Source: Andalucia godoyi And28
Taxonomy: Eukaryota > Protista > Jakobida
Assembly: GCA_009859145.1 (NCBI GenBank)
Contig: VRVR01000006.1
Span: forward strand, 1 to 64,000
Length of the DNA: 64,000 bases
Direction: 5' to 3'
Within the stretch, counting starts at the first letter, position 1. Each line of letters opens with the position of its first letter. Under the pieces are notes generated by a model, which saw nothing but the letters and a program-made list of their open reading frames with translations, had not been told where the DNA came from and did no database searches. The position numbers and the translations under genes are program-made. Positions 1-10,939 of the stretch are shown piece by piece.

Positions 1-1645
1 ATCCTGTTGTTGGTGATTCCGACTGTGTGGATGCTCGGATGGCGTTTGCGGATGAAGATGACGAGGTCATCAACGAGCGGGACGAGGACGAGGAATACGC
101 AGACTACCTGAACTTCCGCATGCAGCTGTTGCGTGAGTGCGGAGCACGGCGGACGCCGGCACAGAGGGAGCTTGTGCGCACGATGGAGCGGCTTGCAAAA
201 CAGATGTGTGCAGATGGTCACCACAATGGGGCGGTGAAAGATGCCGCTCACCTGAACGTAAACGGAAACTGATGCTGGATGGTATTCGCGGCAGCACGAA
301 GGACGTCGTGTATTGCCGAATTTTACGACAATTCGCGTTCAGCCCTGTTTCGTGGCTGCAAACGCATCGAACGAGTCATTGCATGAGTTGCCAAAGAACA
401 TTAGAGCAGGTCTGATGAATGATCGTGCAAGCGGACGACGCGAAAACGAAAGCGCGCATCCCGGACATGACTGCGCCCATGCAAACACGGAACGGTCGCC
501 AAATGACCGTTCGTGAGGTTTGCAGAGAGGATGCGGCAGGATCGGGGGTGATCAAACACGCTGGTCAACCAAATTCTGCTGGGGACGACATCATTGAGGC
601 GACACATGTGATATGTAAAAAGCAAGAATCACTGACCATGCAGTGCGGTCTGTTTATGCCTCGACCTGCAGGGAAAGTGCGGCTCAGAACTAGCTGCTGT
701 TAAATCCAACAGTGTCTTTTGATTAATTAGGTCATAAACTCATCATTCATGTCAGTTTTTCTCTGTGCTCTTCATGTATTTGGTGCATCGGCATGCGCCA
801 GCATCGACGGACTGCTCTCAGAAGCAAGATTGTGCATTGGATACACGCTTGGCAGGCATCCAGCCGATTCTGCATTAGCAACTGTGCATCCAAGTCTTCC
901 GTTTTTGCGCAGCCGTTGGACTCAGAGCACAGAAACAAGCGCGGATTAACGTTCACAACGGTCAGTTTATGCTACACACATGCTATACACTAACACTGAC
1001 ATCTGCATCTACGAGGAGCTGCTCAACGGAGTTCTGCACTCCTGTGTTCTTCTGTGATGTCGTCGTTTCACGCCTTGTGCTTGAAGAACCGTGCTTGCGC
1101 CACTGCCAGCGGACGACAGACAGCACATTTTATATTGAAAAGTACAGCTCACCGATTGCACCAAACGAGCTCGCTGATGTCCAGCAGCACTGATTCCGCC
1201 CCCGCTCTACCCGTATCGAGAAACTGTGCAGCCAGAAGCACTTGTGCAGTGAAACCGTCATCTCCACATCCAGGCAATCGTCCTGCGGACCCGTTCCTAC
1301 TGTGGTGTTTTGCACTTGCCGTTTTCTTGTACTTCTGCTCCTTTCCTGATGTCCTTTCAGAGATTGCGTAGACAGAATTTGGATATCTATGACGTGTTTG
1401 CTGCAATCCTCGATGGCGGCGGTGATAGACCAGGGCTAGGGAGATCCCGGGTTTTCTACTGTCAACATCACATTCATCTTTGAATGCGATGCTTGCGAAA
1501 AGAAGTCAACAAGTGGTCCTCTGCAATTTCTTCTTGTTTTCGATCCGACACCTACTCAACATGACTGTGCGATGTGCTCCAAGCTCATCCACAGTACCGT
1601 GCCGCGATCATGATCTGCTTTCGAAGACAGTGAGACAGCCTGGAG

Positions 1646-2032
1646 TTGTCGCAGAGCGGATGCGCAACCGAAGGACAGGGAAATCCGATGGATCCGTACA
1701 AGGTCCTCTTTGAAGGAAAGCTGGTCGAGCCCGCGATGAAGTCTTCCGCTCTTGTGGCACTTGCTCCCAAAGGAACAACAAACCAAGATACGCAACTCCG
1801 AGCCATGTTCCAAAAATACCAAAGCCAAGAGACAGTGGAAACGATATCCGTCTCCGAAGCTGGGATGAAGCATTCAACGGGTGTCGAGCCAATATTGCCA
1901 AACGACGGACCGCGCTTCTGTAACTGTAGGAGAGCGAAAAAGAAATGTCTCAGCTCTCACTGTCCATGCATCAAGAACAACCGTCGGTGCACCGCGCTGT
2001 GCCACGACGGCGACTCGTGCGCGAATGGGTGA
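1646..2032 (+). pseudogene. Short ORF ending in a CXC/CRC-like cysteine cluster, probably the remnant of a larger decayed gene or integrase-type element
   Basis: C-terminal CNCRRAKKKCLSSHCPCIKNNRRCTALCHDGDSCANG. The ORF starts at TTG (first ATG 1688). The upstream 1.6 kb has only broken short ORFs, unlike the rest of the window. Confidence 0.3.
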
Positions 2033-2373
2033 CCGAAGGTGGCCATCATGAGAATGATGAGTGCTGCACATATCCTCCTTGCTCAACGACTGCGCACACG
2101 CTGCATCTCGCCCTTCCCTCGACATTCTGACATGCTGGGACTTCTGCGACAGCGCGAGGAGCAGAATACTTGTCATTGAGAACCTACACCGATGAAAAGG
2201 AGGGAGAACAGGCACAAAGCTTCCAACATATGCAAAGCACGAGTTCGCATGAAAATCGACTTGGGTCGTAACAATGTATCTATGATGATGACACGGTGCA
2301 GCAGAAAGCCGACACGCTGTGTGTGTTTTTTTTTATAATTAAAATTTAATTTAATTTTTTTTTCAAGCGACAC

Positions 2374-5300
2374 CTACTTCCCATTGTTGCTGTTCTGCTG
2401 GCCATTCAGCAAAAAATACGCAGCCACGTACCCCACCACCGCGACCACAATTGTGATGATGATCTTCCACTTGTGAGCCCAGAGAAACTGTCCAGCAGCC
2501 TTGTCGATTCTCCACGGAGGATACGAAGAATTTGGGCGATTTGGGGTCGACAATTCTGGAAACTGATTTGGGACTTCTCGACCGACTCCGTTTGGCTTTC
2601 CTTTGGCTTCAGACTCGGTCAAAAGCTGGAGAGTCAGTTGGATCTTTCCTTGGGTTCCTTCGAAATTCGGATGGGTCATCTTGATCCACTGCTGTGGCAA
2701 CTCATCGCCAGTTTTGGATTTGTAGCACTTCTTGAAAAGCCCCAAGAGATTGAGATTCACTTCCGCGATTGCGTCGTTCGGGTTCAGAATATCCTTATCC
2801 CAAATCTGGACTTTCAAGCGCGGGACCTTGCATGGAATAGTCACCGGGAACTTGAATCGCCAATTGAATTGTCCTTTGCCATTCTTGGATCTCCAGTGCG
2901 TATCGGTTTTCTGCATTTCTCCGTTCCACTCGGAAATTCCAGACACATAAATGTCGCTCATCTTCGCATCCTTGAAAACACAATCCTTGGTGCCCCAGAC
3001 GATGCACCGCAATTCGAACTTAAGGGGGGCTGGTGGGGAGATAGGAGTTGGTCTTGTTTTCATCGCTTGGTCTCGAGTGAGAATTTCAAGCCACAGTTCC
3101 AATTTTCCTTGCGGACTTGTCGACTTTGGAGTCCACAGCGTTCTGAACTCCTTTGGCTTCGGATTCAGCAACTGCCACGATTCACAGAAAAGCCTGTTTT
3201 CAAGATCAATGACGGTCTCTCCGATAGGATCGTCATTGATGGGCAGTGTATCGCGATCAAGAACGGTCAGCGAAAGTTCCGAGTCTCCAGGAAGCGTCAC
3301 TGGCAATTCGTACATGCGATAAAAGTCTGGGGACAATGTTTCCTTGCAATACTCGTCACGCGCATTAATGTGCTGCTTCTTGTTGTTCTTATTGACAGAG
3401 AGAACAAGATACGGATCAGATTTTCCATTCAGATCTTTTGGAACCATATGTCGTCCTCGCAAGATGTACGCTCGCACAACGTACGCTTGGGGTGCATATA
3501 ACTTCGCAAGATCTAAAACAGGGGATTCCTGAAGCGTCTTCTCCTTCAATGCTGCTTCAAATACCCGGAAGCGACCCTTCAACTTGCCTACAAACGTGCG
3601 GCCATTACTGGGCTCGCTGCCATCGCCGCGAGTGTTGGCACGCCACCATTTCGAAAGGTAGTCTCTCTTGTTCTCTTTCGTACCGCGATACAGAATGAAC
3701 TCTTGGAACGGGAGATCCTTCAGTGTGAGTTCCAGCTCATTCGCAGTTTCGGCTCTGTTTCCACCTTCAAACTTCTTGTCATCCTCCTTGTCAGGAGCAC
3801 CAACAAACGTATCGCCAACTTCTGGGATAGTTCTGGAAGATTTGCCTGTAGTGCGGAAATGGAGGACCTCGGAGGCTACTTCGTTGATGGACGCCAAATT
3901 ATCAGGGATGGGATCAAGATCTGTCTCTCCAAGGTCATCCGTCAGCGACATGGATTGCTCCGCACCATCCGCAAACTCGTCGAACTTCCCGTTGTCCCCT
4001 GTCACAGAACCAGGGATGTTTTCGACAGCGCGAAGAGTTTCCACAAGCGGGTCTTCTCCAGGTGCATTCAACATTTCTTCAACTCGACGTGACAACTTGG
4101 AGGGATCACCAGCCCATGGAAGAAAAGCTCCGAGGGGAATTGCAGTGGAGCCAATCAGATCGTCAGTCGGTAATCGCTTGTCGTAAACTCGGATATTGAC
4201 AGTTGGTGCAAATGCAGGGTTCACTGGAAGCCGTACAGGAATCGAGACAACCTCCAAGATATTCGGTGAAACGACCGACGGCAGATCGCTGCATTTCGTC
4301 TTCACAGGCTTGCGTCGTTTTTGGGATTCGTCAACACTCTCTGGAACCTCGATTTCGACGTACGGGCTGTTAAGGTTTCGAAATCCCGGTGGCAGCAACT
4401 TTCTCAAACCGACAATCGAAGCTTCAAAAATGCAGTCGCGGAACTCTGGTGTAATGTCGACCAAAGGAATGCGTCTCGCTTCTGCTGCAGGAATAAGTTG
4501 GAACGAGCAAAGGAGCTGTCCCTGGGCAGCGTGAACATTCTCAGTGTACAAGTCGTACCATTTTGGGTCGGGATTAAAGCGCTTCGTTGCTTTGCTGCAC
4601 GGAATCTCCAGGCGTCCAATAAAATCATCGGTTTCAAATCGATCATAGTCAAAAACATTGACGGACACCATAGGGGCGTAGTTCAGCGTTTGCGGCAGTT
4701 CCATTTCCAGAATGACGGTTTCGTAGAACACAGGGAAAAGCGTCTGATCGCATCTTTTCGTACGCGCAACTGCACTGCCCAATCTGACGACAACATAAGG
4801 ATCCGAAGTGCCATTCGGGTCAGCGGCCGTGAGATTCCTTGCCTGATAGATGTGAGCGCGCAACTCGTACGGCATCATCTTCGGTCGTTCAATGGGGGGA
4901 CGGACTTTCGGCGCCTCTGCCGTTCTGCCGAAATCCAGTGCGAACAACAAAAACCCAGCAATCATGTCCTTTTGATACGCGGCCGCCAGCTTATCGGGCT
5001 CCAGCATGATCCATTTTGCTGGATTGGAGAAGCCCCAAATGTCAGTGGGTTTCAAGCGAAGATAGCCAACACGAGATGTGAGAGCGCCCAATGACCGTAC
5101 TTTGACATTGATAATGACATCCGGCAGTTGATCTGTATCAGAGGGCATCGAACATTCGATTTCAGGAAGAGGCTCAAACCAGCAAACCTGTGCAGATTGG
5201 CCTTTCACGGAAGCGGACTTTGAACGAATCACATGCGGTCCAAAACAAACCTCGACTTCCACAGACTGCATGCGGGAAGCAGGAAACTCAGATCCCTGGT

Positions 5301-6336
5301 AAAGATCGAACCGAAGCGTATACTGGTCAACAGGTGGCTCATTGCACGGCGAGACATTCCGAACAACCAATTGCGGATCGTCTGCATGCTCGACATCCAG
5401 AGCAACCAACACACGTCCTCGATATGCAGTAGGCTCCTCTCGCCCTTCGTTCATCAACCTCGAAAGAGAATCTCGAAACGAAAGCTGCGGCGCGCCGTAC
5501 AAATTGATCCATTTCGGACCGACTTCGTTGAGCTTCACGTCCGTAAACCGGAAAAACGTGGTACAAATGGCGTCATCACTCGTTCCAAAATCATAATCCA
5601 TTACTGTCACTTCAATGCGATCGGACAGGCAAGGAAACAAGACAGGAAGACGGATTTCCTGATTCCACGTGGGATTATACGAGCGCTTCACAATGTCCGT
5701 GCGAGTTGCCTTGTTGCCTGCAAATTTCGCGACAACATACGGATCGCACTTTCCTCCAAGGCCTTTGTCCATTCGCGGTAAATGCTCGGCTCGGTAAATT
5801 CGAATACACAACTCAAATTTCATGATATCGAGTTCTGGAGGTCTCAAAATGAGATCCGACAGCTCGGACTTCTCTTCGTCGTCTTCGTCGTCTTCGTCGC
5901 CGTCTGCTCCTCGAGAAGGTGGCGAGTCTCCAGGCGCCAAAACGACCGCAGAGACCTTCAAATACCCCTGAATGTCACTTCCGTGCCGGATGGTGTCCAG
6001 GAGAACCACCCATCGACGGTACAGCTCGTGATTCTTTTGGCTGTGAACGTACGACAAGTCAATATCGTAATTTCCAATGAGCTCATTTCGGAAAACCGTA
6101 TTGGCATCGTACACCTTGATCTGAATCTTACCATTTTCAAACTCCTCCTCGGATAGGTTAACTGTGAAGAGCATGTGATGATCCCACACACATGACACGG
6201 TCTTCTTGTGTGCAATCGTCTCTTGGCGCTGGTCTCCGACTCGCACCACAACCATCGGGTCCGACATGCCGTTGCTGTCCTTGCCCACCAGCTGTCGTGA
6301 CTCGAGAACGTGCACGTGTACTTGGTATTCTGGCAT
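2374..6336 (-). CDS. Ferlin-family multi-C2 tail-anchored membrane protein (otoferlin-like, no DysF recognised)
   Basis: About six C2 domains (DPMVVV, DPYVVAKF, DPNGTSDPYVVVRL, DLNGKSDPYL, SDIYV...DTHWRS...FNWRF) and a single C-terminal TM helix (IIITIVVAVVGYVAAYFLL). The likely start is MPEYQV at 6336; the ORF track extends to 6423. Confidence 0.9.
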   Translation of the reverse strand: MPEYQVHVHVLESRQLVGKDSNGMSDPMVVVRVGDQRQETIAHKKTVSCVWDHHMLFTVNLSEEEFENGKIQIKVYDANTVFRNELIGNYDIDLSYVHSQKNHELYRRWVVLLDTIRHGSDIQGYLKVSAVVLAPGDSPPSRGADGDEDDEDDEEKSELSDLILRPPELDIMKFELCIRIYRAEHLPRMDKGLGGKCDPYVVAKFAGNKATRTDIVKRSYNPTWNQEIRLPVLFPCLSDRIEVTVMDYDFGTSDDAICTTFFRFTDVKLNEVGPKWINLYGAPQLSFRDSLSRLMNEGREEPTAYRGRVLVALDVEHADDPQLVVRNVSPCNEPPVDQYTLRFDLYQGSEFPASRMQSVEVEVCFGPHVIRSKSASVKGQSAQVCWFEPLPEIECSMPSDTDQLPDVIINVKVRSLGALTSRVGYLRLKPTDIWGFSNPAKWIMLEPDKLAAAYQKDMIAGFLLFALDFGRTAEAPKVRPPIERPKMMPYELRAHIYQARNLTAADPNGTSDPYVVVRLGSAVARTKRCDQTLFPVFYETVILEMELPQTLNYAPMVSVNVFDYDRFETDDFIGRLEIPCSKATKRFNPDPKWYDLYTENVHAAQGQLLCSFQLIPAAEARRIPLVDITPEFRDCIFEASIVGLRKLLPPGFRNLNSPYVEIEVPESVDESQKRRKPVKTKCSDLPSVVSPNILEVVSIPVRLPVNPAFAPTVNIRVYDKRLPTDDLIGSTAIPLGAFLPWAGDPSKLSRRVEEMLNAPGEDPLVETLRAVENIPGSVTGDNGKFDEFADGAEQSMSLTDDLGETDLDPIPDNLASINEVASEVLHFRTTGKSSRTIPEVGDTFVGAPDKEDDKKFEGGNRAETANELELTLKDLPFQEFILYRGTKENKRDYLSKWWRANTRGDGSEPSNGRTFVGKLKGRFRVFEAALKEKTLQESPVLDLAKLYAPQAYVVRAYILRGRHMVPKDLNGKSDPYLVLSVNKNNKKQHINARDEYCKETLSPDFYRMYELPVTLPGDSELSLTVLDRDTLPINDDPIGETVIDLENRLFCESWQLLNPKPKEFRTLWTPKSTSPQGKLELWLEILTRDQAMKTRPTPISPPAPLKFELRCIVWGTKDCVFKDAKMSDIYVSGISEWNGEMQKTDTHWRSKNGKGQFNWRFKFPVTIPCKVPRLKVQIWDKDILNPNDAIAEVNLNLLGLFKKCYKSKTGDELPQQWIKMTHPNFEGTQGKIQLTLQLLTESEAKGKPNGVGREVPNQFPELSTPNRPNSSYPPWRIDKAAGQFLWAHKWKIIITIVVAVVGYVAAYFLLNGQQNSNNGK

Positions 6337-6777
6337 GTTTTTTTGCGCTGGGTGTAGGGTGGTCCAAAAAGCCAAACTTACAAAATCGGTAAACAAAAGT
6401 CTAAAAGGGAAGCATCGAGACAAGAATCAAAAAGCAGACGCCAGATCAGATCTGCATCTTTGCCAAACCTGATAGCAGTAGCCTGTCAGCACGGATTTCC
6501 CGCAAACACTTGTCAGGACTGACACTGGATGAGTGGGAACAAAGATGCTTTCTCCCCTCTCTCAAGCGGGGGAACGCCATCAATTGAGCCTTCCAAAAGG
6601 ATTCGGGTCAAATTGTTGAGCAGCACTTGTCCCAGTTCGTTTGTGTTTCTTGTTTTTTTTCCCCCATATTTTTTCCTTTTGAATTTTTTTTAATGTACTT
6701 ATTTTTTCATTCTAAATTCCGAGGTTTACATCACATCACGGTTCTCTTCTTTGCAACAAACTACAATATCCGACGCA

Positions 6778-7608
6778 ATGTTTCGATCACGGAATTTCCC
6801 ATCTGAAGTCAAGGCCATGCTAAAAATGGCTCAGACCCGCTTATCAATTCACAAATCGAAAAGACAGAATGAAAACAACGCGCTTCGACGAGAGATCGGC
6901 ACGCTTCTGTCGAACGGCAAAGATGAATCTGCCCGAATCAAAGTGGAAAGGGTTATACAAAATGACTACTGGAGTGAGGCTGCGGAACTGCTCGATATGT
7001 ATGCGGATCTTGTTCAGGCCAGGGCGGCTCTGTTGGACCAAACAAAGGGTGACTTGCCGGTTGACTTGAAGGAGGCCGCGTGTACTCTTATGTGGGCGAG
7101 TGGAAGAACTGAAGTGGAAGAACTGATGAAATTCAGACAAATGATGGGCAGCAAGTTTGGCCCGAATTTGGTGCAAACGGCAGATGCGAACGTCGGACAG
7201 TGCGTGAATCCTCGCGTCGTCTTCAAGATGTCGATTGTCGTTCCAGAACACTGTCTGTGTGTTGAGTATTTGAACAACATATCGGCGGAATTTGGGATTG
7301 ATTGGGATGCCTCTCGGTTGAATCCATATGGCGCACTTCCGGGCAAGCGACCCGATTTGAGTGACTTGCAGAGTTCGGTAAAACAGCCCACCGCCCCGTC
7401 TGCACCGGAAGCCCATCCTGCCTCACCTCCGCCTCCACCTCCGAGTGCTCACGGAATTTATGCAGCCCCCTCAGGAGTCATTCCGTCGCATGTCGCATCT
7501 CCTCCGCCTCCTGTGTCGCCGCCTGCCGATTCACCCACTCCTGTGGAAGCAGAAGACGATTATGATGAATTGCAGAAGCGCTTCGAAGCGCTGAAAAAGA
7601 AATCCTAA
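6778..7608 (+). CDS. IST1: IST1, ESCRT-III-associated regulator of Vps4
   Basis: N-terminal helical domain (LRREIGTLLSNGKDESARIKVERVI, LKEAACTLMWASGR), Pro-rich linker and MIM1-type C-terminus DDYDELQKRFEALKK. ATG at 6778. Confidence 0.92.
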   Translation: MFRSRNFPSEVKAMLKMAQTRLSIHKSKRQNENNALRREIGTLLSNGKDESARIKVERVIQNDYWSEAAELLDMYADLVQARAALLDQTKGDLPVDLKEAACTLMWASGRTEVEELMKFRQMMGSKFGPNLVQTADANVGQCVNPRVVFKMSIVVPEHCLCVEYLNNISAEFGIDWDASRLNPYGALPGKRPDLSDLQSSVKQPTAPSAPEAHPASPPPPPPSAHGIYAAPSGVIPSHVASPPPPVSPPADSPTPVEAEDDYDELQKRFEALKKKS

Positions 7609-7724
7609 GGATTAAAAACAAAATAAATTATAAATTATTAAAAAAAGCAGTAGCACATGAAACGGAAACTTCCCGTTCCGCTTTCTTGGAAGAACATCCA
7701 GATCGGGTGCGATCTGCGCAACTC

Positions 7725-9170
7725 TTATCGACCTGGATTTGCATCGTTTTGCAGTTCCACATCAGATGCTGCCAGGCCGCCTGGTGCCTGGCGCTTCAAT
7801 TGTGACGATCGAGAATGAACTTCTGGCAATTCGATGTGTTCGGTCGGCGTCTGTTTGACGGGTGCATCCGAGAATCCGTACTGGTACTTATTGACGTATC
7901 CTCCAATCAAAAACAGCAGCACACTCAGCGAAAGAACTCCACAACAAACCCATACGCTGGTCGCAGCTATCCAAGGGTTTGGATCTTCCACGGTGGCCGA
8001 CAACAAGGGTCCCATGGTCACGCCGCACATAAACCAAGCCAGCAACAGAAGCGATGTCAAGTATGACTGAAAGGGGCCCTGTTTGACGGGCGCCACGTGG
8101 TTCCCGACCAGAGTCACCAGCGCTGGAGGTGTGAAAGACGCAGGGGTCCCGATGAGAAGGAACACGATCACCATGACCGCAGAAGTGGAGAACGCCATTC
8201 CGAGGGATGACAACAGGGCCAAACAGACGCCCGTCAAATACGTCACATATCCTCCAAATCGCCTATTCATGGGCGCCGCAAGGAGAAAGAATATTCCAAT
8301 CAGGATACCAAGTGCCAACGAGACTGGGATATAAGCAGAGTAACTGAGAGAAAATCGATAGTGAGCATAGAAGAAGGCAAAGTATATGGCGAACCCTACA
8401 GCGTACGCATAGAGAGAATAGGCAATGAACGCAAAATTAAAGAACGGCGTGGACATCCAGTCGATAATGGGAACGAGCGGATTAAGAGGATGCCACGACC
8501 AAGCAGTGCGATGGCCATGATCAAGCGTCTCTTTGAAACTGACCGAGAAGACAACTGCAGAGAGAACGGCGAGCAGCGCGATGAGAACCCAGATCCAGAT
8601 GTACGGAATCCTGCCGATGAGTACGAATGCAATAGCAGCACCGAGAAGTGTAGGTGCTGCTAAATTCATCACAAGAAGGATGCCAACCATCGCAGGACGA
8701 TGGCTGAGGTGGACGACATCGATGATCGATGCCATGCTTGTCGCAGTAACACCTGCAGAGCCACCGTGGAAAATCATCGAAACAAAAAGAAGCGCAATCA
8801 CAGACTTGTTGACAAGAGGAATAAGACAAATACAAGAAAAGGAATTGATCCAAGTGCTGGACAGGAACGCCCTTCTCCGACCCTTTGACTGGCTCACCAT
8901 GCCCCAGACGGGCAAGAACACGTACTGAACAAGCGATGCAGTCGCCGTTGCAAATCCATACACGGTGGCAGCATACGTGCCTCCATCGTACAATTCAAGC
9001 AAAAACGGTGGAAGCACGAATGTCATCAGCGTCGATGACAAGCTGTACAAAAATTGTCCAGCAAACAAAACTCGATGCAGCCATATCACGGATCGCAGCC
9101 GAAGCACCACCGGTGGGCTGTCTGACGCAGTCACATTTGGTCGATCAGAGTCGCTCCCTATTTCCGCCAT
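7725..9170 (-). CDS. Major facilitator superfamily transporter (TCR/MFSD14-like)
   Basis: About 12 hydrophobic segments and an MFS motif A-like WGMVSQSKGRRRAFL. The likely start is MAEIGS at 9170; the upstream ORF extension runs through microsatellites. Confidence 0.8.
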   Translation of the reverse strand: MAEIGSDSDRPNVTASDSPPVVLRLRSVIWLHRVLFAGQFLYSLSSTLMTFVLPPFLLELYDGGTYAATVYGFATATASLVQYVFLPVWGMVSQSKGRRRAFLSSTWINSFSCICLIPLVNKSVIALLFVSMIFHGGSAGVTATSMASIIDVVHLSHRPAMVGILLVMNLAAPTLLGAAIAFVLIGRIPYIWIWVLIALLAVLSAVVFSVSFKETLDHGHRTAWSWHPLNPLVPIIDWMSTPFFNFAFIAYSLYAYAVGFAIYFAFFYAHYRFSLSYSAYIPVSLALGILIGIFFLLAAPMNRRFGGYVTYLTGVCLALLSSLGMAFSTSAVMVIVFLLIGTPASFTPPALVTLVGNHVAPVKQGPFQSYLTSLLLLAWFMCGVTMGPLLSATVEDPNPWIAATSVWVCCGVLSLSVLLFLIGGYVNKYQYGFSDAPVKQTPTEHIELPEVHSRSSQLKRQAPGGLAASDVELQNDANPGR

Positions 9171-9222
9171 ATACGAGGGATCGAATTCACAGGCACTCGC
9201 GTCAGCCACCGAACGAACAGAA

Positions 9223-9253
9223 TTATATATATATATATATATATTACTAGAGA

Positions 9254-9284
<31 letters not shown>

Positions 9285-9302
9285 TGTGTGTGTGTGTGTG
9301 TG
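9223..9302. repeat. Compound microsatellite (TA)n-(GA)n-(TG)n
   Basis: Read directly upstream of the MFS gene. Confidence 0.95.
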
Positions 9303-9499
9303 TTCTGAAGATGCAATATAAAGAAGTCCGAATACACAGTTGATGATAGACGACAGCAAACGTTTGACGAAAATCTGCACAGCGGGCATCCGCAACGGTT
9401 TGTGCATCCAATCCTGTGGGGACGCGATATTCTTGCCGTAGTCTAGTCTAATTCTTCCCTTTTTAATTTTTTCTTTTATTTTCTGTTTGTTTCTCATAT

Positions 9500-9798
9500 T
9501 TATAATCGAAACCTCAAGCAGCACCCTTCATCAGAGACAAAACATCGCATGGCTCCAAAGAGGGATCTTCCCAACAAACTCAAACCGGCCATGCCCCAAG
9601 ATACCGAGACCCAAGAAACCCTCTGACCCCCTCTCGTCGGAGGCGGGAAGCAAGAAGAAGAAGCGATGCCTCTTTGATGCAGAGAAATCGGCATTGAAGA
9701 GGTGGTGCCCGCCCCAAATGAAAACACGTGGCTTGGGATCCTGTCTTCGGGGACAGCTTAGCCCGATGATTACCAATGATTCATGTCTTTGGCGAGCG
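9500..9798 (+). mobile_element. Dispersed repeat family B, copy 1 (possibly a further TnpB/Fanzor-derived non-autonomous element)
   Basis: Homologous to 51111-51396, sharing ATGGCTCCAAAGAGGGATCTTCCCAA, GCATTGAAGAG, AAAACACGTGGCTT and CTGTCTTCGG...GCTTAGCC. Encodes the scrap KKKKRCLFDAEKSALKRW. Ends GGCGAGCG. Confidence 0.7.
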
Positions 9799-10078
9799 GG
9801 TGGTGGTTTGTCGCCGCACAAAAAATAAACAATATAAAGAAAATAAAGAAATCCCAATGGACTGGCATGAATGGAAAAAAAAAATGGTGAATGGAATGAC
9901 ATTGTCGGAAATGTCTGAGTAAAATACGGTATAGGGACGGTTATAAGGATAACGAGATATGCAACTTGCTTAAGCGTGGAACAGCACGGTGGGATAGATG
10001 GAAAAGGGTCGCTTGGTTGTGAACAATTGCACAAACCAACCGGGAAAACGGGCGTTGAAAGTTCGGAAACAAGGTGCG

Positions 10079-10939
10079 CTAAGAGCAGCTGATATTTGCA
10101 TCAAGGATTCCTGCTATTTTTCGAACCGCTGCCACCGCCTTCGAATCCAGAAACGCCGGCACAAAATCGCGACATCCGTCGTCCTGGGTGTTACCCAGAA
10201 GAGGATCGATTGGAATACAGCCAAGGAATGGGCTGCTGATCTCTGCAGCCAGCTTCTCACCGCCGCCAGTGAGAAAGACATTGTCGACTTCTCCGCAGCA
10301 GGGGCATACGAATCCTGACATGTTCTCCACCACTCCGAGAACCTTGATCCCCATCTTGTGGCAGAAGGATGCCTCTTTCCGGACATCCGTGATGGAAACC
10401 TGCTGAGGGGTTGTCACCAGTATCGCTCCCCTCGGATTGGACGCTTTTAAGTACTCGATAGTAGAGAGATGCTCATCCGACGTGCCAGGTGGAGTGTCAA
10501 TGAGCAAATAATCCAAATTTTCCCAGAAGACCTCCTGCATGAATTGTTTGATCATCACTGTCTTCTTTGGACCCCTCCACACAACTGCGTCATTTTCGGA
10601 AGGTAAAAGAAACGCAATCGACATTATAGCCAGTTGCTTAGGGTGCCAAGCAAACCGAGGAGTGGAGTCCGGGTCCGACGCATGCAGCGCTGGCGGCTCC
10701 GGAAACACAGGCACCCAGCCAGCAGAACACTGCATAACAGACGCTTTCTGGACTCCAAATATCTTCGGAATCGACGGCCCACAAATATCCACGTCCAGAA
10801 TCCCGACGCGCTTTCCTAGAGTCAGCAACGCAAGAGCAAGCTGCGAGGTGACGGTTGATTTCCCAACACCGCCCTTGCCAGAGAGAACCAGAACAATGTT
10901 CTTCACTCCAGCCAGGCAGTCGGTGGTGTGTTCAGACAT
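10079..10939 (-). CDS. NUBP2: Cytosolic Fe-S cluster assembly factor Cfd1/NUBP2 (Mrp/NBP35 P-loop NTPase)
   Basis: SGKGGVGKST, DVDICGPS, VVWRGPKK, DTPPGTSDEH and C-terminal CPCC. It lacks the N-terminal four-Cys motif of Nbp35. Confidence 0.9.
   Translation of the reverse strand: MSEHTTDCLAGVKNIVLVLSGKGGVGKSTVTSQLALALLTLGKRVGILDVDICGPSIPKIFGVQKASVMQCSAGWVPVFPEPPALHASDPDSTPRFAWHPKQLAIMSIAFLLPSENDAVVWRGPKKTVMIKQFMQEVFWENLDYLLIDTPPGTSDEHLSTIEYLKASNPRGAILVTTPQQVSITDVRKEASFCHKMGIKVLGVVENMSGFVCPCCGEVDNVFLTGGGEKLAAEISSPFLGCIPIDPLLGNTQDDGCRDFVPAFLDSKAVAAVRKIAGILDANISCS

Noticed and set aside
2473-5781. Long + strand ORFs (342, 257 and 182 aa) opposite the ferlin
   Set aside because: Antisense shadow ORFs of a real gene with no motifs. 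The same applies to 34783-36075, 20593-21510, 41812-42750 and similar.
6440-6750. Structured ncRNA between ferlin and IST1
   Set aside because: Only one short hairpin, in a position consistent with a bidirectional promoter or UTRs.
9720-9780. Family-B hairpin as U2 or another snRNA
   Set aside because: Only a short GGCTAAG resemblance on the minus strand; no branch-pairing GTAGTA or Sm site in context.
9785-9810. Family-B copy 1 as the empty site of the 51.4 kb Fanzor insertion, giving a CCG TAM
   Set aside because: Sequence beyond the junction does not convincingly match the far flank at about 51.95 kb. Family B probably ends at the same CG, so the TAM cannot be read from here.
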